Of a stretch of DNA of 64,000 nucleotides, positions 41,955 to 51,548 are shown in pieces. The stretch's first letter is position 1. Every line of letters starts with the position of its first letter. This DNA comes from Candidatus Woesebacteria bacterium GW2011_GWA1_39_21 (GTDB lineage: Bacteria; Patescibacteriota; Microgenomatia; UBA8517). Both the position numbers and the translations under genes were made by a program. The stretch covers positions 9,739 through 73,738 of the forward strand of contig LBWP01000001.1 of assembly GCA_000993685.1 (NCBI GenBank), written 5' to 3'. A model generated the notes under the pieces. That model worked only from the letters and a program-made list of their open reading frames with translations, made no database searches and had not been told where the DNA came from.

Positions 41955-42457
41955 AAAAATATAATTTAGGTTGCGGTAAAAAGTATATCAAAGGTTACAT
42001 CAACGTAGATGTAACACGGTCTGTTAAGGCAGACCTCTATTTCAATTTAAATAAATTCCCTTACCCAATTAAAAAGAAATCGGCTGACGAGGTTTTGATG
42101 GATAACGTTCTTGAACACTTGGATGATGTAGTATTGGTTATGGAAGAAATATATCGGATTCTAAAGCCAGGTGGTATTGTTAAAATTTATTTGCCTTATG
42201 CGAAGTCGGACGGTGCTTTGCAGGACCCTACACATAAACATCTGTTTACAGAAAAAAGCATGGATTATTTTAGACAAGATGATAAATATAATTATTATAC
42301 AAATGCAAAATTTCGTATATTGGTGAGTAAACCTTTTAACGCAAATAAAACACTCTTAAGTAAAATGCGAGTCTTTATCCCATTCAAACCTGTTCTCAAA
42401 TATTTCTTATTAAATATTTACGATGGTTTATATTTCGAAATGAAAGCGGTTAAGTAA
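41951..42457 (+). CDS. Short SAM-dependent methyltransferase
   Basis: NLGCG, VLEHL, RILKPGG, QDPTH. Confidence 0.85.
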   Translation: MKKYNLGCGKKYIKGYINVDVTRSVKADLYFNLNKFPYPIKKKSADEVLMDNVLEHLDDVVLVMEEIYRILKPGGIVKIYLPYAKSDGALQDPTHKHLFTEKSMDYFRQDDKYNYYTNAKFRILVSKPFNANKTLLSKMRVFIPFKPVLKYFLLNIYDGLYFEMKAVK

Positions 42458-43367
42458 TTGTCGATTTTGGGTTTTTTGAAGAGGTAACAATCTTCCACAC
42501 ACTATGGTCACGAAGTTTGTAAGTTACATCAAGATAACCAAAAATTCTCGCAATAATTTCCAGAATAACAGTAAATGCAGAAAAGATAAGTTCTTTGGCG
42601 TTGAAATTTAGTGTTGATAAAAATACGGGTAATATTAAAAAGTTAGAGAAAGTTATCACCTCATAGCCGTAATGGAGTTTTGTTTCATAATGCCCGGCAA
42701 AGATTCTTCGCCTTTGGCTTAAGAGTTCCCTGATCGTTTTCGGACCGCTATTGTAAACAATGGCTTTCTCTTCATAAATAACTTTATAATCCTGGAGTTT
42801 GATTAACGGCTCAATACTTGCTTCGTCAACGGCGGTATTTGGGGGAATCCGTTTGAAAACCTTTTTAAATGCTATCAACTCACCTACTTTTGGCCGTTCC
42901 GGAAATTTGAGATTAACAAGATGATGAAGTTTCCACTTTAGTTGGTTTGCGAAACCGCAAAATGTGTCCGGATTATCTGTTGGAATCACTTTGCCGCCGA
43001 CCATTCCGACACTTTTGTTCTTTAATTTATTCAAGAGTAGGAAATAGCATTTTTTATCTAATATCGTGTCAGCGCTTTGGAGTATCAGATATTTAGATTT
43101 TGCATATTTGATGAACAAGTTGACTGCCTTGGCTTTTCCTTCTCTGTTTACCTGAATAATCAGTCTGATTTTTTTATTTTTCTTTTTAAGCTTCTTGATA
43201 ATACTTACGGTATTATCCGTGCACCCCGACGCAATAATTAAAATCTCTCTAATCGAAAATTCGCTACCCAGCTCTTGTTTAGTAATTGATTTTATTAAAT
43301 TAGTAATATTTTCTTCTTCATTATAGGCGCAAATACCGATACTGAAATGAATTTTTACTTTTTCCAT
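42450..43367 (-). CDS. GT2 family glycosyltransferase
   Basis: ICAYNEE, REGKAKA, SADT, QRRRI. Confidence 0.9.
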   Translation of the reverse strand: MEKVKIHFSIGICAYNEEENITNLIKSITKQELGSEFSIREILIIASGCTDNTVSIIKKLKKKNKKIRLIIQVNREGKAKAVNLFIKYAKSKYLILQSADTILDKKCYFLLLNKLKNKSVGMVGGKVIPTDNPDTFCGFANQLKWKLHHLVNLKFPERPKVGELIAFKKVFKRIPPNTAVDEASIEPLIKLQDYKVIYEEKAIVYNSGPKTIRELLSQRRRIFAGHYETKLHYGYEVITFSNFLILPVFLSTLNFNAKELIFSAFTVILEIIARIFGYLDVTYKLRDHSVWKIVTSSKNPKSTIT

Positions 43368-43470
43368 AAAATTAAAACAATTCTAACATATAAATTTCGT
43401 GTATTGAGTTTTGAAAAAAATGTGTGTCATAATGAACATGTAGTCTTTTCTTTTGTAAGGGGGTGAAAGA

Positions 43471-44100
43471 ATGAATAAACGTTATATTAAAGGACCAGAG
43501 GCGGGCGGATTTACGCTAATAGAGCTTCTTATTGTCATGGCGATCCTCGGTGTTTTAGCGGTTGTTGTCCTTGTTGCAATCAATCCGGTTCAACAACTTG
43601 CAAGAACTCGTGATGCAGGAAGAAAATCCGGTGTTTCTCAAGTTGGACGTGCTTTAGAAGCATTTTATACTTCCCATGGGGGAAAATATTTGTATGGAAG
43701 GACAGCTGGTTCAAATCCTGGTACCAACTGTAACACAGACGGTAACCAAGTTTTTTCTGATGCTGACGACTGGCTAACATGTTTAGTAAATACAGGAGAA
43801 ATTTCAACAGAACCAGGATTGATTAATTACTCTGTAGCTGGAACTGGTGTATGTACAATAGGGGCTCAATATTCATCGGAACAAAATGGTCTATGTTATA
43901 CGGTTAGTTCAGCTGACGATGAAGCTGTTGTTTATGCCAGGCTCGAATCTGACTCCGAACGAAGTAAATGTCCAGACTCAGGTGGGCCTTTCCAACCATT
44001 TTTTGTTTGGTCGACACGTGATGGTAGAGGTGGGTTGGTTTGCATAGCAGGCATCAATGTTCCAGCCCCAGGTGCACAAAATTGGAACCCGCAACAATAA
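43471..44100 (+). CDS. Type IV pilin (paralogue of 37589 pilin)
   Basis: G|FTLIELLIVMAILGVLAVVVLVAINPVQQLARTRDAGRK identical to pilin 1; SD GGGGGTGA. Confidence 0.9.
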   Translation: MNKRYIKGPEAGGFTLIELLIVMAILGVLAVVVLVAINPVQQLARTRDAGRKSGVSQVGRALEAFYTSHGGKYLYGRTAGSNPGTNCNTDGNQVFSDADDWLTCLVNTGEISTEPGLINYSVAGTGVCTIGAQYSSEQNGLCYTVSSADDEAVVYARLESDSERSKCPDSGGPFQPFFVWSTRDGRGGLVCIAGINVPAPGAQNWNPQQ

Positions 44101-44102
44101 AA

Positions 44103-44633
44103 ATGCGCGATAACAAGAGAGGTTTTACTCTGATCGAGCTATTGATAGTCATCGCGATATTGGGAATACTTGCGGTGATTATATTAGTAGTCATGAATCC
44201 CGGCGAAAGACAGGCCCAAGCCCGGGATACGGGTAGGATTTCCTCAGTTACACAAATTGGAAGGGCGCTGCAAGCGTACTATACGACAGAATCGTCTTTC
44301 CCCGACGTTGCAAATTGGGCGAATGATTTGGTGACGTCGGGTGAATTATCAACGTTTCCGGCAGGGGTAGCCTACACTTATAATTCAGTTACTGCCTGTG
44401 AGAGTTATCTCCAGCCTCTGACCGATGGTACGTATTGTTATGATGAAGATCAAGCGAATAATAATGGGGCTTTAATCTTTGCAAAGGCGGAATCAACGAC
44501 TTATCGTAGCAAATGCACATCTCCAGAAGAAGCATATTTTGTTTACTCAACCGAGGATTCTCGAGGCGGGACGATTTGTAGTCTTGGTGACCCGGTGCCC
44601 TGGGCAGGCGGAAGCATGAGCTATCAGAATTGA
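44103..44633 (+). CDS. Type IV pilin
   Basis: KRG|FTLIELL; shares C-terminal YFVYST.D.RGG.C block with the two preceding pilins. Confidence 0.88.
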   Translation: MRDNKRGFTLIELLIVIAILGILAVIILVVMNPGERQAQARDTGRISSVTQIGRALQAYYTTESSFPDVANWANDLVTSGELSTFPAGVAYTYNSVTACESYLQPLTDGTYCYDEDQANNNGALIFAKAESTTYRSKCTSPEEAYFVYSTEDSRGGTICSLGDPVPWAGGSMSYQN

Positions 44634-44697
44634 TATAGTCCTTCTGAATTATTGCAGGTTGTTCACAAGCAGCGAACGACTTGTGTATACTTAATTA

Positions 44698-45513
44698 ATG
44701 TCTGAAATCTTTCTGATAGTCTCCCTTGCTCTTTTTGGATTAGTTTTCGGCTCTTTTATCACAGCTCTATCTTATCGCAGTATACGCGGTGTAAGTATTT
44801 TTAAAGGAAGATCTCTCTGCCCTCTATGTAAAAAGAAAATTTCTTGGAGTGACAATATTCCAATCATTTCCTATTTGTCACTGAATGGTAAGTCGCGTTG
44901 TTGTGGAAAACCAATCTCTTGGCGCTACCCTTTGATCGAATTTTTTACAATGTTGACTTTTTTGTTAATCGGCCTCGTCTATACAAATTGCAGCACTGTA
45001 ACTCCGCCGTTATGCGTACTTAACAACACCTTTTCTTTTTTAGTTCTCCCCTATCTACTTCTGATTTCGCTTTTTTTAATTACCGTTTTTATAACTGACT
45101 TTGAGCACAAGATTATCCTTGACGAATTTATATTTATTCCTTACGGGCTCACACTACTGTTGTTGATTTTTTTTAACCCGGAGTTTTCGTACACTAATAT
45201 TTTCTTATCGTTTACTTGCGCAGCATTTCTTCTTTTGGTCCATTTAATTACTCGTGGAAAAGGGATGGGTCTTGGTGATGTCAAACTTGCACTTCTGCCG
45301 CCATTGATTCTCGGTTGGCCATTTACTTTGCCATGGCTATTTTTGTCTTTTATCATCGGCGCTTTGGTAGGTGTAATTTTGATGCTTATGAAAAAGGCAA
45401 AATTTGGAAAACAAATTCCATTCGGGCCGTTTTTGATTTTAGCCTTCTTTTTAGTATTATTCTGGGGTGATAAATTGATGTTTTTATTTGGTTTTTTGAC
45501 ACTCTCACCGTGA
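44698..45513 (+). CDS. pilD: Prepilin peptidase
   Basis: GRSLCPLC, NIPIISY, RYPLIE, GMGLGDVKL, IPFGPFL. Confidence 0.94.
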   Translation: MSEIFLIVSLALFGLVFGSFITALSYRSIRGVSIFKGRSLCPLCKKKISWSDNIPIISYLSLNGKSRCCGKPISWRYPLIEFFTMLTFLLIGLVYTNCSTVTPPLCVLNNTFSFLVLPYLLLISLFLITVFITDFEHKIILDEFIFIPYGLTLLLLIFFNPEFSYTNIFLSFTCAAFLLLVHLITRGKGMGLGDVKLALLPPLILGWPFTLPWLFLSFIIGALVGVILMLMKKAKFGKQIPFGPFLILAFFLVLFWGDKLMFLFGFLTLSP

Positions 45514-46133
45514 CTTATTTTATGAAGTTTTTTACGAAAAACGAAATCATTGGTGTTCTGGTAATTCTTTTACTGATCCTTGTTTTGACTGGATTTAACT
45601 TACGGATTTCTCTGCGTCGTTCGCGAGATGCGCAGCGGCGTGCTGATGTCAACGATATTGTGAATGCTTTGGATAAGTACCAAAAAGATTTTGGCTTTTT
45701 TCCACCTTCTTCGGATGACGGAAAGATTATTGCGTGCAAAGGTGCGAATTTTGGAACTATTCCGTCTGATATTAAGGACGAGAATAGGCGGGGATATTTT
45801 ATCAATATGCTTAGAGGCTGTGATTGGGGTGACGATTCGCTACGTGATGTTGGGGACGATACATATCAAGCCTATCTTAATCGAATTCCAAGGGATCCGA
45901 AAGCGGATGAAGGGTTGGCGTATTTTTACATTTCCGATATGAATACTTTTCAGCTGTATGCCTACCTAGAAGGTGGTAAAACGGAGGAAGGTTTCAGACG
46001 AGGAATTATTGAGCGGAATTTGCAGTGTGGCAACCGGGTTTGCAATTTTGGCAAGGCGTACGGTGAGACGCCGCTTGAAATATCTCTGCAAGAGTATGAG
46101 AATGAAGTCAGCAAAGGGAATGCACAAAAATAA
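45510..46133 (+). CDS. Pilin-like (GspG-like) protein with atypical cleavage site
   Basis: FTKNE plus TM segment, SRDAQRRAD, IPRDP. Confidence 0.75.
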   Translation: MTYFMKFFTKNEIIGVLVILLLILVLTGFNLRISLRRSRDAQRRADVNDIVNALDKYQKDFGFFPPSSDDGKIIACKGANFGTIPSDIKDENRRGYFINMLRGCDWGDDSLRDVGDDTYQAYLNRIPRDPKADEGLAYFYISDMNTFQLYAYLEGGKTEEGFRRGIIERNLQCGNRVCNFGKAYGETPLEISLQEYENEVSKGNAQK

Positions 46134-46827
46134 ACAACTCATGCCTCTTAGGCATGAGTTTTCTCGCCTAACAGGTTCAAAGAGTCCTTCGACTGTACTC
46201 AGGATGATTGACATGGCGAACCATTTGTTCACCGCTTCGCTTCAGCACAGGGCTAAAAGCCCTGAGTTATCGCGAAGTTTGAATAAACTACCACGGGCTA
46301 AAGCCCATGGTATTTTGTCGACAAGATTGGATTCTTGCTTCACCCACGGACTTAAGTCCGTGGGTTTCGAAGAGGAATTCAATAAATCAAAAAGATCTTT
46401 TACACTTATTGAGCTATTGCTTACAATGGTTATTTTGGGTGGCATTGCTTCGATTGTTATCATCAAATACCCATCGTCACTACAAAAGACGCGCGATGTC
46501 CAAAGAATGAATGATTTAAAAACCTATCAGACAGCACTTGAAGTATGGGCTGGAAAAAATAGCGGGATTTATCCTACAACTGCTCCTTCTACACCAATAA
46601 ATGTTACAACGCTTTGTTCTCAACTTGATATTTCATCAACTTCATGCCCGAGCGATCCCAAGGGTTGGATTTATTCGTATGAAACAGATTCTGCAGGAAT
46701 AAAGTATACAATTTCATCTCAGATGGAGAAAGAGGCGTCCAACTATGTTGTTTGTTCAAGTGGAAAATCGGGGAACACAACGTCTGCCCCCTCAGATGGA
46801 ACTTGCCCGACATTTGTTGTGGATTGA
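46120..46827 (+). CDS. Type IV pilin with 252 bp in-frame mobile insertion in its leader
   Basis: MHKNK..[84 aa]..SKRS|FTLIELL; RDVQRMNDL; CPSDP. Confidence 0.75.
   Translation: MHKNKQLMPLRHEFSRLTGSKSPSTVLRMIDMANHLFTASLQHRAKSPELSRSLNKLPRAKAHGILSTRLDSCFTHGLKSVGFEEEFNKSKRSFTLIELLLTMVILGGIASIVIIKYPSSLQKTRDVQRMNDLKTYQTALEVWAGKNSGIYPTTAPSTPINVTTLCSQLDISSTSCPSDPKGWIYSYETDSAGIKYTISSQMEKEASNYVVCSSGKSGNTTSAPSDGTCPTFVVD
46130..46282 (-). mobile_element. 153 bp palindromic IS200/IS605-like element, family C
   Basis: Hairpins CAGGGC-TTTTA-GCCCTG and AACTCATGCC-TAAGA-GGCATGAGTT; ends GTTTAT on the minus strand. Confidence 0.6.
46283..46381 (-). mobile_element. 99 bp family B element copy 2
   Basis: Reverse-complement near copy of 7933-8031; follows TTAT, ends GGTAGTTTAT. 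Confidence 0.8.
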
Positions 46828-46976
46828 TGCAGGGGCAACGGGGGGAATATGTTGGTAACAGAATGGATACTTGTTTTCCTTGAAGTGGAACTTGTGATAC
46901 TGCGATGGTTGCGGGGGGCATTTGATTGCCCTCCACAAATAAAATTTACATATTGCAGATGTAGTAAATAATAATT

Positions 46977-47516
46977 ATGCAGCTTTCTGTATTTAAAAAA
47001 TATATAAAAATTACCCGTGGTTTTTCCATGATCGAACTTTTAGTAGTGATGTCAATAATTGGACTTATGGCAACATTTGGTGTTATGACATACCCCGGTG
47101 TGCAAAAAAATTCCCGTGACACAAAAAGAAGGTCGGATTTAAAACAGTACCAGACTTCACTAGAGTCGTTTGCAAACAGCAAGGGTGGCTTTTATCCTTC
47201 AAGAACCTCTCAAACTTATGCTTCGGATATGTCAGGCAATGCAGGAGACCCAGATTTATGCACGGACATGGGTCTTTCCCAGTGTCCGGTTGACCCCAAA
47301 AAAAGTTACACAATCTGTGCCGGAGCAGGTGTTTGCGAATATTATTATTGGTCTAACGGAACAAATACTACACCTACGGCCACAAGCTATGTTTTGTATT
47401 CACGTTTGGAGAATAAGGTTAATGATAATTATGTTTTTTTTGTGATATGCGGTAGTGGCGTATCGGGCACGGTTGTATCTAGTAGCTGGACCCCAAGCGC
47501 GACGTGTCCTTTGTAA
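46977..47516 (+). CDS. Type IV pilin
   Basis: RG|FSMIELL, SRDTKRRSDL, CPVDP. Confidence 0.88.
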   Translation: MQLSVFKKYIKITRGFSMIELLVVMSIIGLMATFGVMTYPGVQKNSRDTKRRSDLKQYQTSLESFANSKGGFYPSRTSQTYASDMSGNAGDPDLCTDMGLSQCPVDPKKSYTICAGAGVCEYYYWSNGTNTTPTATSYVLYSRLENKVNDNYVFFVICGSGVSGTVVSSSWTPSATCPL

Positions 47517-47545
47517 ATTTGATTTTAATAATCTATATTTAATAT

Positions 47546-48007
47546 ATGAACGCTCGAGTTATTAAAAATGGATTTACTTTGATAGAACTATTAGTAGTAG
47601 TGTCGATTATGGTAATTTTAATTGGTCTTTCGGCTTTTGGTCTGCAACAAGCCCGTGAGAGTGCGCGTGATGGACAGCGCAAAGCCAATCTTGAAACAAT
47701 CAGAACCGGACTTTCGTTTTATAAAGCCGATTGCAATGTTTATCCAACACCAAACGCCTCAACCACAACAAAACTGGGTACAAGTTTGATTGGAAACGCA
47801 ACTATCTGTGGCGGATCTGCCAACACATATATTCAAAAAATGCCAACAGATCCCGTTTCCGGCAGAAATTATTATTATTCGCAGAGTGGTTCAACGTATA
47901 AGATTTGCGCCGGACTTGAAGGAGAAACGTCAGCAGACGCAAACTGCGCATTTCCGATAAGTTGCGGTTCTGGAGTTACTTGCAGTTACTCGGTTGCCAA
48001 TCCTTAG
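47546..48007 (+). CDS. Type IV pilin (GspG-like)
   Basis: NG|FTLIELL, ARDGQRKANL, MPTDP. Confidence 0.88.
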   Translation: MNARVIKNGFTLIELLVVVSIMVILIGLSAFGLQQARESARDGQRKANLETIRTGLSFYKADCNVYPTPNASTTTKLGTSLIGNATICGGSANTYIQKMPTDPVSGRNYYYSQSGSTYKICAGLEGETSADANCAFPISCGSGVTCSYSVANP

Positions 48008-48011
48008 ATGA

Positions 48012-48530
48012 ATGAAAATACACCTGCCGAAAAAGCGAGCTTCTGGTTATACAATAATTGAACTTATTATTTCAATCTTCATTTTGATTTTGATTTTTAC
48101 GGTCGCGCAGACTAATTATCGTGGGTATATTTTGAATAAAAGTCTGGATGCCGCCAGAAGCCAGATGATTTCCGACATCAGGCTTGCACAGGAATATGCT
48201 TTAGCCGGAAGAAAATCATTAACTTGCAGTGGACTTAATGGTTACACCTTTACTCTAAATGCTGCAAGTAATGCTACAAGCTATTTAGTGAGGGCGAGCT
48301 GCGGAGGCAGTTTTGAAACTGTGAAAAGTGTCTCTTTATCAAAAATTGCCACGAATGTGACTGCAAATTACAGCGGAAGTACTGGCACGACTAACGGGAT
48401 TCTTTTTAAAATTCTTGGTCAGGGAAACGACATCTCAACCACAAATACAAATGTGGTAATTACGCTTAGTCAAGAAACGTCGGGCTATTCACGCGCGATA
48501 ACGATTTCGCAAGGTGGAGAAATAAAATGA
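48012..48530 (+). CDS. Minor pilin (FimT/GspH-like)
   Basis: SG|YTIIELI; ends ISQGGEIK. Confidence 0.8.
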   Translation: MKIHLPKKRASGYTIIELIISIFILILIFTVAQTNYRGYILNKSLDAARSQMISDIRLAQEYALAGRKSLTCSGLNGYTFTLNAASNATSYLVRASCGGSFETVKSVSLSKIATNVTANYSGSTGTTNGILFKILGQGNDISTTNTNVVITLSQETSGYSRAITISQGGEIK

Positions 48531-48991
48531 AAATAAACTCTATATCTGGGAACATCAAGTATTTTGGACAATCGTTATTCGAGGTAATTTTGGCCTTAGC
48601 AGTTGCAACCATTATAATTATGGCAATTGTTTCGCTAACATCAAAAACTGTTTCGACTTCCACCTATTCGAGCAATAAAGCACAGGCGGGTAGGTACCTT
48701 AGCGAGGCGATGGAATATTTGCGAAAGGAAAAACAGTTTGGCACTTGGAACACTTTAAAAACGAATATTACAGCTGGTGGCGGTGTGTGGTGCATGACAA
48801 ACCTTTCTTTGACGAAGAATTATGCCTGTAACCCTGCAACTTCAGGTGATTTTATACCTGGGACGATTTTCCAAAGGACAGTTACCGCATCCGCGACCGT
48901 ATCGACAGTCAATGTCGAAATTACCGTTACGTGGGTTGATGAGCAGGGATCGCATGCGGTGAATACAATTAGTGCAATAAGTAACTGGTAA
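48527..48991 (+). CDS. Minor pilin (PilV-like)
   Basis: G|QSLFEVILA; VEITVTW. Confidence 0.78.
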   Translation: MKINSISGNIKYFGQSLFEVILALAVATIIIMAIVSLTSKTVSTSTYSSNKAQAGRYLSEAMEYLRKEKQFGTWNTLKTNITAGGGVWCMTNLSLTKNYACNPATSGDFIPGTIFQRTVTASATVSTVNVEITVTWVDEQGSHAVNTISAISNW

Positions 48992-48992
48992 T

Positions 48993-49538
48993 ATGATGAA
49001 AAAAGGTTATTCAGTTGTCGAAATTTTGGTCGTCGTCGGTGTCTTTGCGGTTATCGGTGTAATTGCAACACAAGCAATCTCGTTAAGTCTAAGGTCGACA
49101 AAGAAGGGCGACTCGATAGTTTTAGTTAAACAGGAATTAAATTTTGTGTCCGAAAATATTGAAAGATTACTGCAGACGGCAAACGCGATCGATGTCCCGG
49201 GCTGTATCGATGCAAGCGTTGCAACTCCCTCAGTAGGTTTTATGGGTGCCGGTGGAAATCGAGGTGACGTTGCGTGTCTTGACATGACGGCCGGTTTTTA
49301 TGTTGTCAATAATGATAAAAGAGTAGCGTCTTCTTCAGCTGCATCGATTTCGTATACAAAGCGGATGACTTCGAGCGGGATAAACATTACCAACTGTAGT
49401 TTTACATGTACCAACCAATCCAATCAAAATTATATCGAATTTTTAATCTCGGCTTCGGCGAAAGGAGTTGATGCGGCGGAAGGTGCGGCAGTTACAACCT
49501 CAAGAAAGATACTCGTGCGTTCTAACTATAAAAAATAA
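48993..49538 (+). CDS. Minor pilin (PilW-like)
   Basis: KKG|YSVVEIL. Confidence 0.78.
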   Translation: MMKKGYSVVEILVVVGVFAVIGVIATQAISLSLRSTKKGDSIVLVKQELNFVSENIERLLQTANAIDVPGCIDASVATPSVGFMGAGGNRGDVACLDMTAGFYVVNNDKRVASSSAASISYTKRMTSSGINITNCSFTCTNQSNQNYIEFLISASAKGVDAAEGAAVTTSRKILVRSNYKK

Positions 49539-49577
49539 TAACAATTGACCCCCAATGCCGTAAGTTGCTACACTAAG

Positions 49578-50531
49578 ATGATGCGCAAACTGCCTGTTTT
49601 AGTGGTTAAAAGAGAAAGTGGGCAAGCACTTCTTTTAGTTCTTCTTGTTTTGTCTCTCGTTTTAACTTTGGTTCTTTCGTCGGTTTCAAGGTCTGTTACC
49701 GATGTTGAAATTTCTACATATGAGGATAATTCAATCCGTGCCTTTGATGCAGCGGAGGCGGGAATTGAAAAAACCGTTGTTGGCGAGGCGACATCGGGGA
49801 TTACTGTAAGTCTTGATGACAATGTTACTTTTACTCCCCAGACGACGACGAGTACGGGCACAGCTAACAGCTACGAGTATCCGTTAGACCTAATCTCTGG
49901 TGAATCGGCCGTTATTTCTTATATTGATTATAAAAAAAATACAAACGGTGATTACGTTTTTACATGCCCATCAAATAACTGTAAAAATAACGAACCGGCG
50001 CAAATACGGGTTTGTTGGGGAAAACCCGGCACTGCATCAAACTCCAGTAACACCCCGGCAATCTATCTGGAGTTTTATTATACAACGGACTCGGTAACAA
50101 CGTCGAAATTTGAAGATATGGTAAATTTATCCGACATTAAGGTGATTGCCTCTTCCGCGGACAGTCATACAACGAGGGCGATTACAAACCATTTTTCCGC
50201 AGCAGACACGGGTAGCGCAAGCCCTTTGCCGTGCACAATACCTTCATCTTTTTCGGTGCTATTTCAAAGGAGTGACGCAGGTTCCCCGTTGGATATTGTA
50301 GATTCAAGCGGAGGGTCGCTACTTTTTGTAAGAATTACGATGCTATACAATAATATTGCACAGCCTTTGAATATTCGCAGCGCATCCCCTCTCCCAAGTC
50401 AGGGTACACTGATTTCTTCAATAGGTCAGTCGGCGGATGTTTACCGAAAACTGGTTTTATTTCAGGGCTATCCGGAGCTTCCTTTTGAGGTAGGAAATGC
50501 TATTTATTCGAAAAGCGTTATAAATAAATAA
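49578..50531 (+). CDS. Minor pilin (PilX-like)
   Basis: SG|QALLLVL without Glu5; RAFDAAEAGIE. Confidence 0.78.
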   Translation: MMRKLPVLVVKRESGQALLLVLLVLSLVLTLVLSSVSRSVTDVEISTYEDNSIRAFDAAEAGIEKTVVGEATSGITVSLDDNVTFTPQTTTSTGTANSYEYPLDLISGESAVISYIDYKKNTNGDYVFTCPSNNCKNNEPAQIRVCWGKPGTASNSSNTPAIYLEFYYTTDSVTTSKFEDMVNLSDIKVIASSADSHTTRAITNHFSAADTGSASPLPCTIPSSFSVLFQRSDAGSPLDIVDSSGGSLLFVRITMLYNNIAQPLNIRSASPLPSQGTLISSIGQSADVYRKLVLFQGYPELPFEVGNAIYSKSVINK

Positions 50532-50536
50532 AAACT

Positions 50537-51547
50537 ATGGTAGGACTTGATATTGGTTCCAAAACAATTAAGATTGTCGAGCTTGAGGAGACGCGCGGTA
50601 CTTACAGGCTAAGGGCCAGCGGAATTATTGGTTATAAAAGTAGCGCCAATGATAACTTAGTTGACGACAAGGAAGTTGCCGTACTTTCGGACATCATCAG
50701 AAAACTGCACAAAGAAGCAAAAATAGTTGGCAAAGACACCGTGGTTTCCATTCCCGAAACCCAGGTTTATACCCGAATGATTCATTTCCCTCTTTTGACC
50801 GATTCTGAAATAGCATCCGCGGTTAAATGGGAAGCCGAACAGTATATCCCCTTCCCCATCGACGAAGCTGTTATTGATTATCAGGTTGTTGATAAAAATG
50901 AAAATGCAACGCCACCCAATGTGCAAGTGCTTTTAATTGCCGCACCAAAGGTTTTGGTAAATAGATATATTAAGTTAATACAAATGAGCAAACTTGACCT
51001 TGTTGCTGTCGAGACTGAGTTGATGGCGATTTCCCGGTCGATTTGCCCTCTTGATCAAACAGTGATTGTTGCAGATTTCGGCGCCAGATCAACAAATATT
51101 GCGATTGTAAAAAATGCTAGTTTGATGATGTCAAGGAGTATTCCAACCGCAGGTGACGCTTTTACACGCGCTGTTGCACAGGGACTGGGAATTGAAAGCC
51201 AACAAGCAGAAGAGTATAAAAAAACTTACGGACTCTCCTCTTCCAATTTAGATGGAAAAATTAAATCGATACTTTATCCGGTTTTGAGGATGGTGTCCGA
51301 CGAAATAAAAAAAGCGATGCATTTTTATCAGTCGGAAGCTGAGGGGCAAGCGCCGAGATCTTTAATTTTGACCGGCGGTTCGTCGGGAATGCCGGAAGTT
51401 GCTTCAATGATGACTGAACTTTTGGGAATAGAAGTTTCGATTGGCAGCCCTTTCTCGAAAATTCAAATGGAAGCTGACGCGCTCAAAACTTTGTCTGGAT
51501 ATGCGCCGTTTTATGCAATTTCAGTTGGACTTGCGATGAGAACTTAA
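50537..51547 (+). CDS. pilM: Type IV pilus assembly protein PilM
   Basis: GLDIGSKTIK, EAEQYIPF, DFGA, ILTGGSS, VGLAMR. Confidence 0.92.
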   Translation: MVGLDIGSKTIKIVELEETRGTYRLRASGIIGYKSSANDNLVDDKEVAVLSDIIRKLHKEAKIVGKDTVVSIPETQVYTRMIHFPLLTDSEIASAVKWEAEQYIPFPIDEAVIDYQVVDKNENATPPNVQVLLIAAPKVLVNRYIKLIQMSKLDLVAVETELMAISRSICPLDQTVIVADFGARSTNIAIVKNASLMMSRSIPTAGDAFTRAVAQGLGIESQQAEEYKKTYGLSSSNLDGKIKSILYPVLRMVSDEIKKAMHFYQSEAEGQAPRSLILTGGSSGMPEVASMMTELLGIEVSIGSPFSKIQMEADALKTLSGYAPFYAISVGLAMRT

Positions 51548-51548
51548 T

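Noticed and set aside
37589-44633. Diversity-generating retroelement acting on pilins
   Set aside because: No reverse transcriptase in the window, and the differences are not adenine-specific
45973-46119. ORF-track start of the 284 aa pilin ORF
   Set aside because: It overlaps the upstream gene in another frame; the ATG at 46120 gives a normal leader once the insertion is removed
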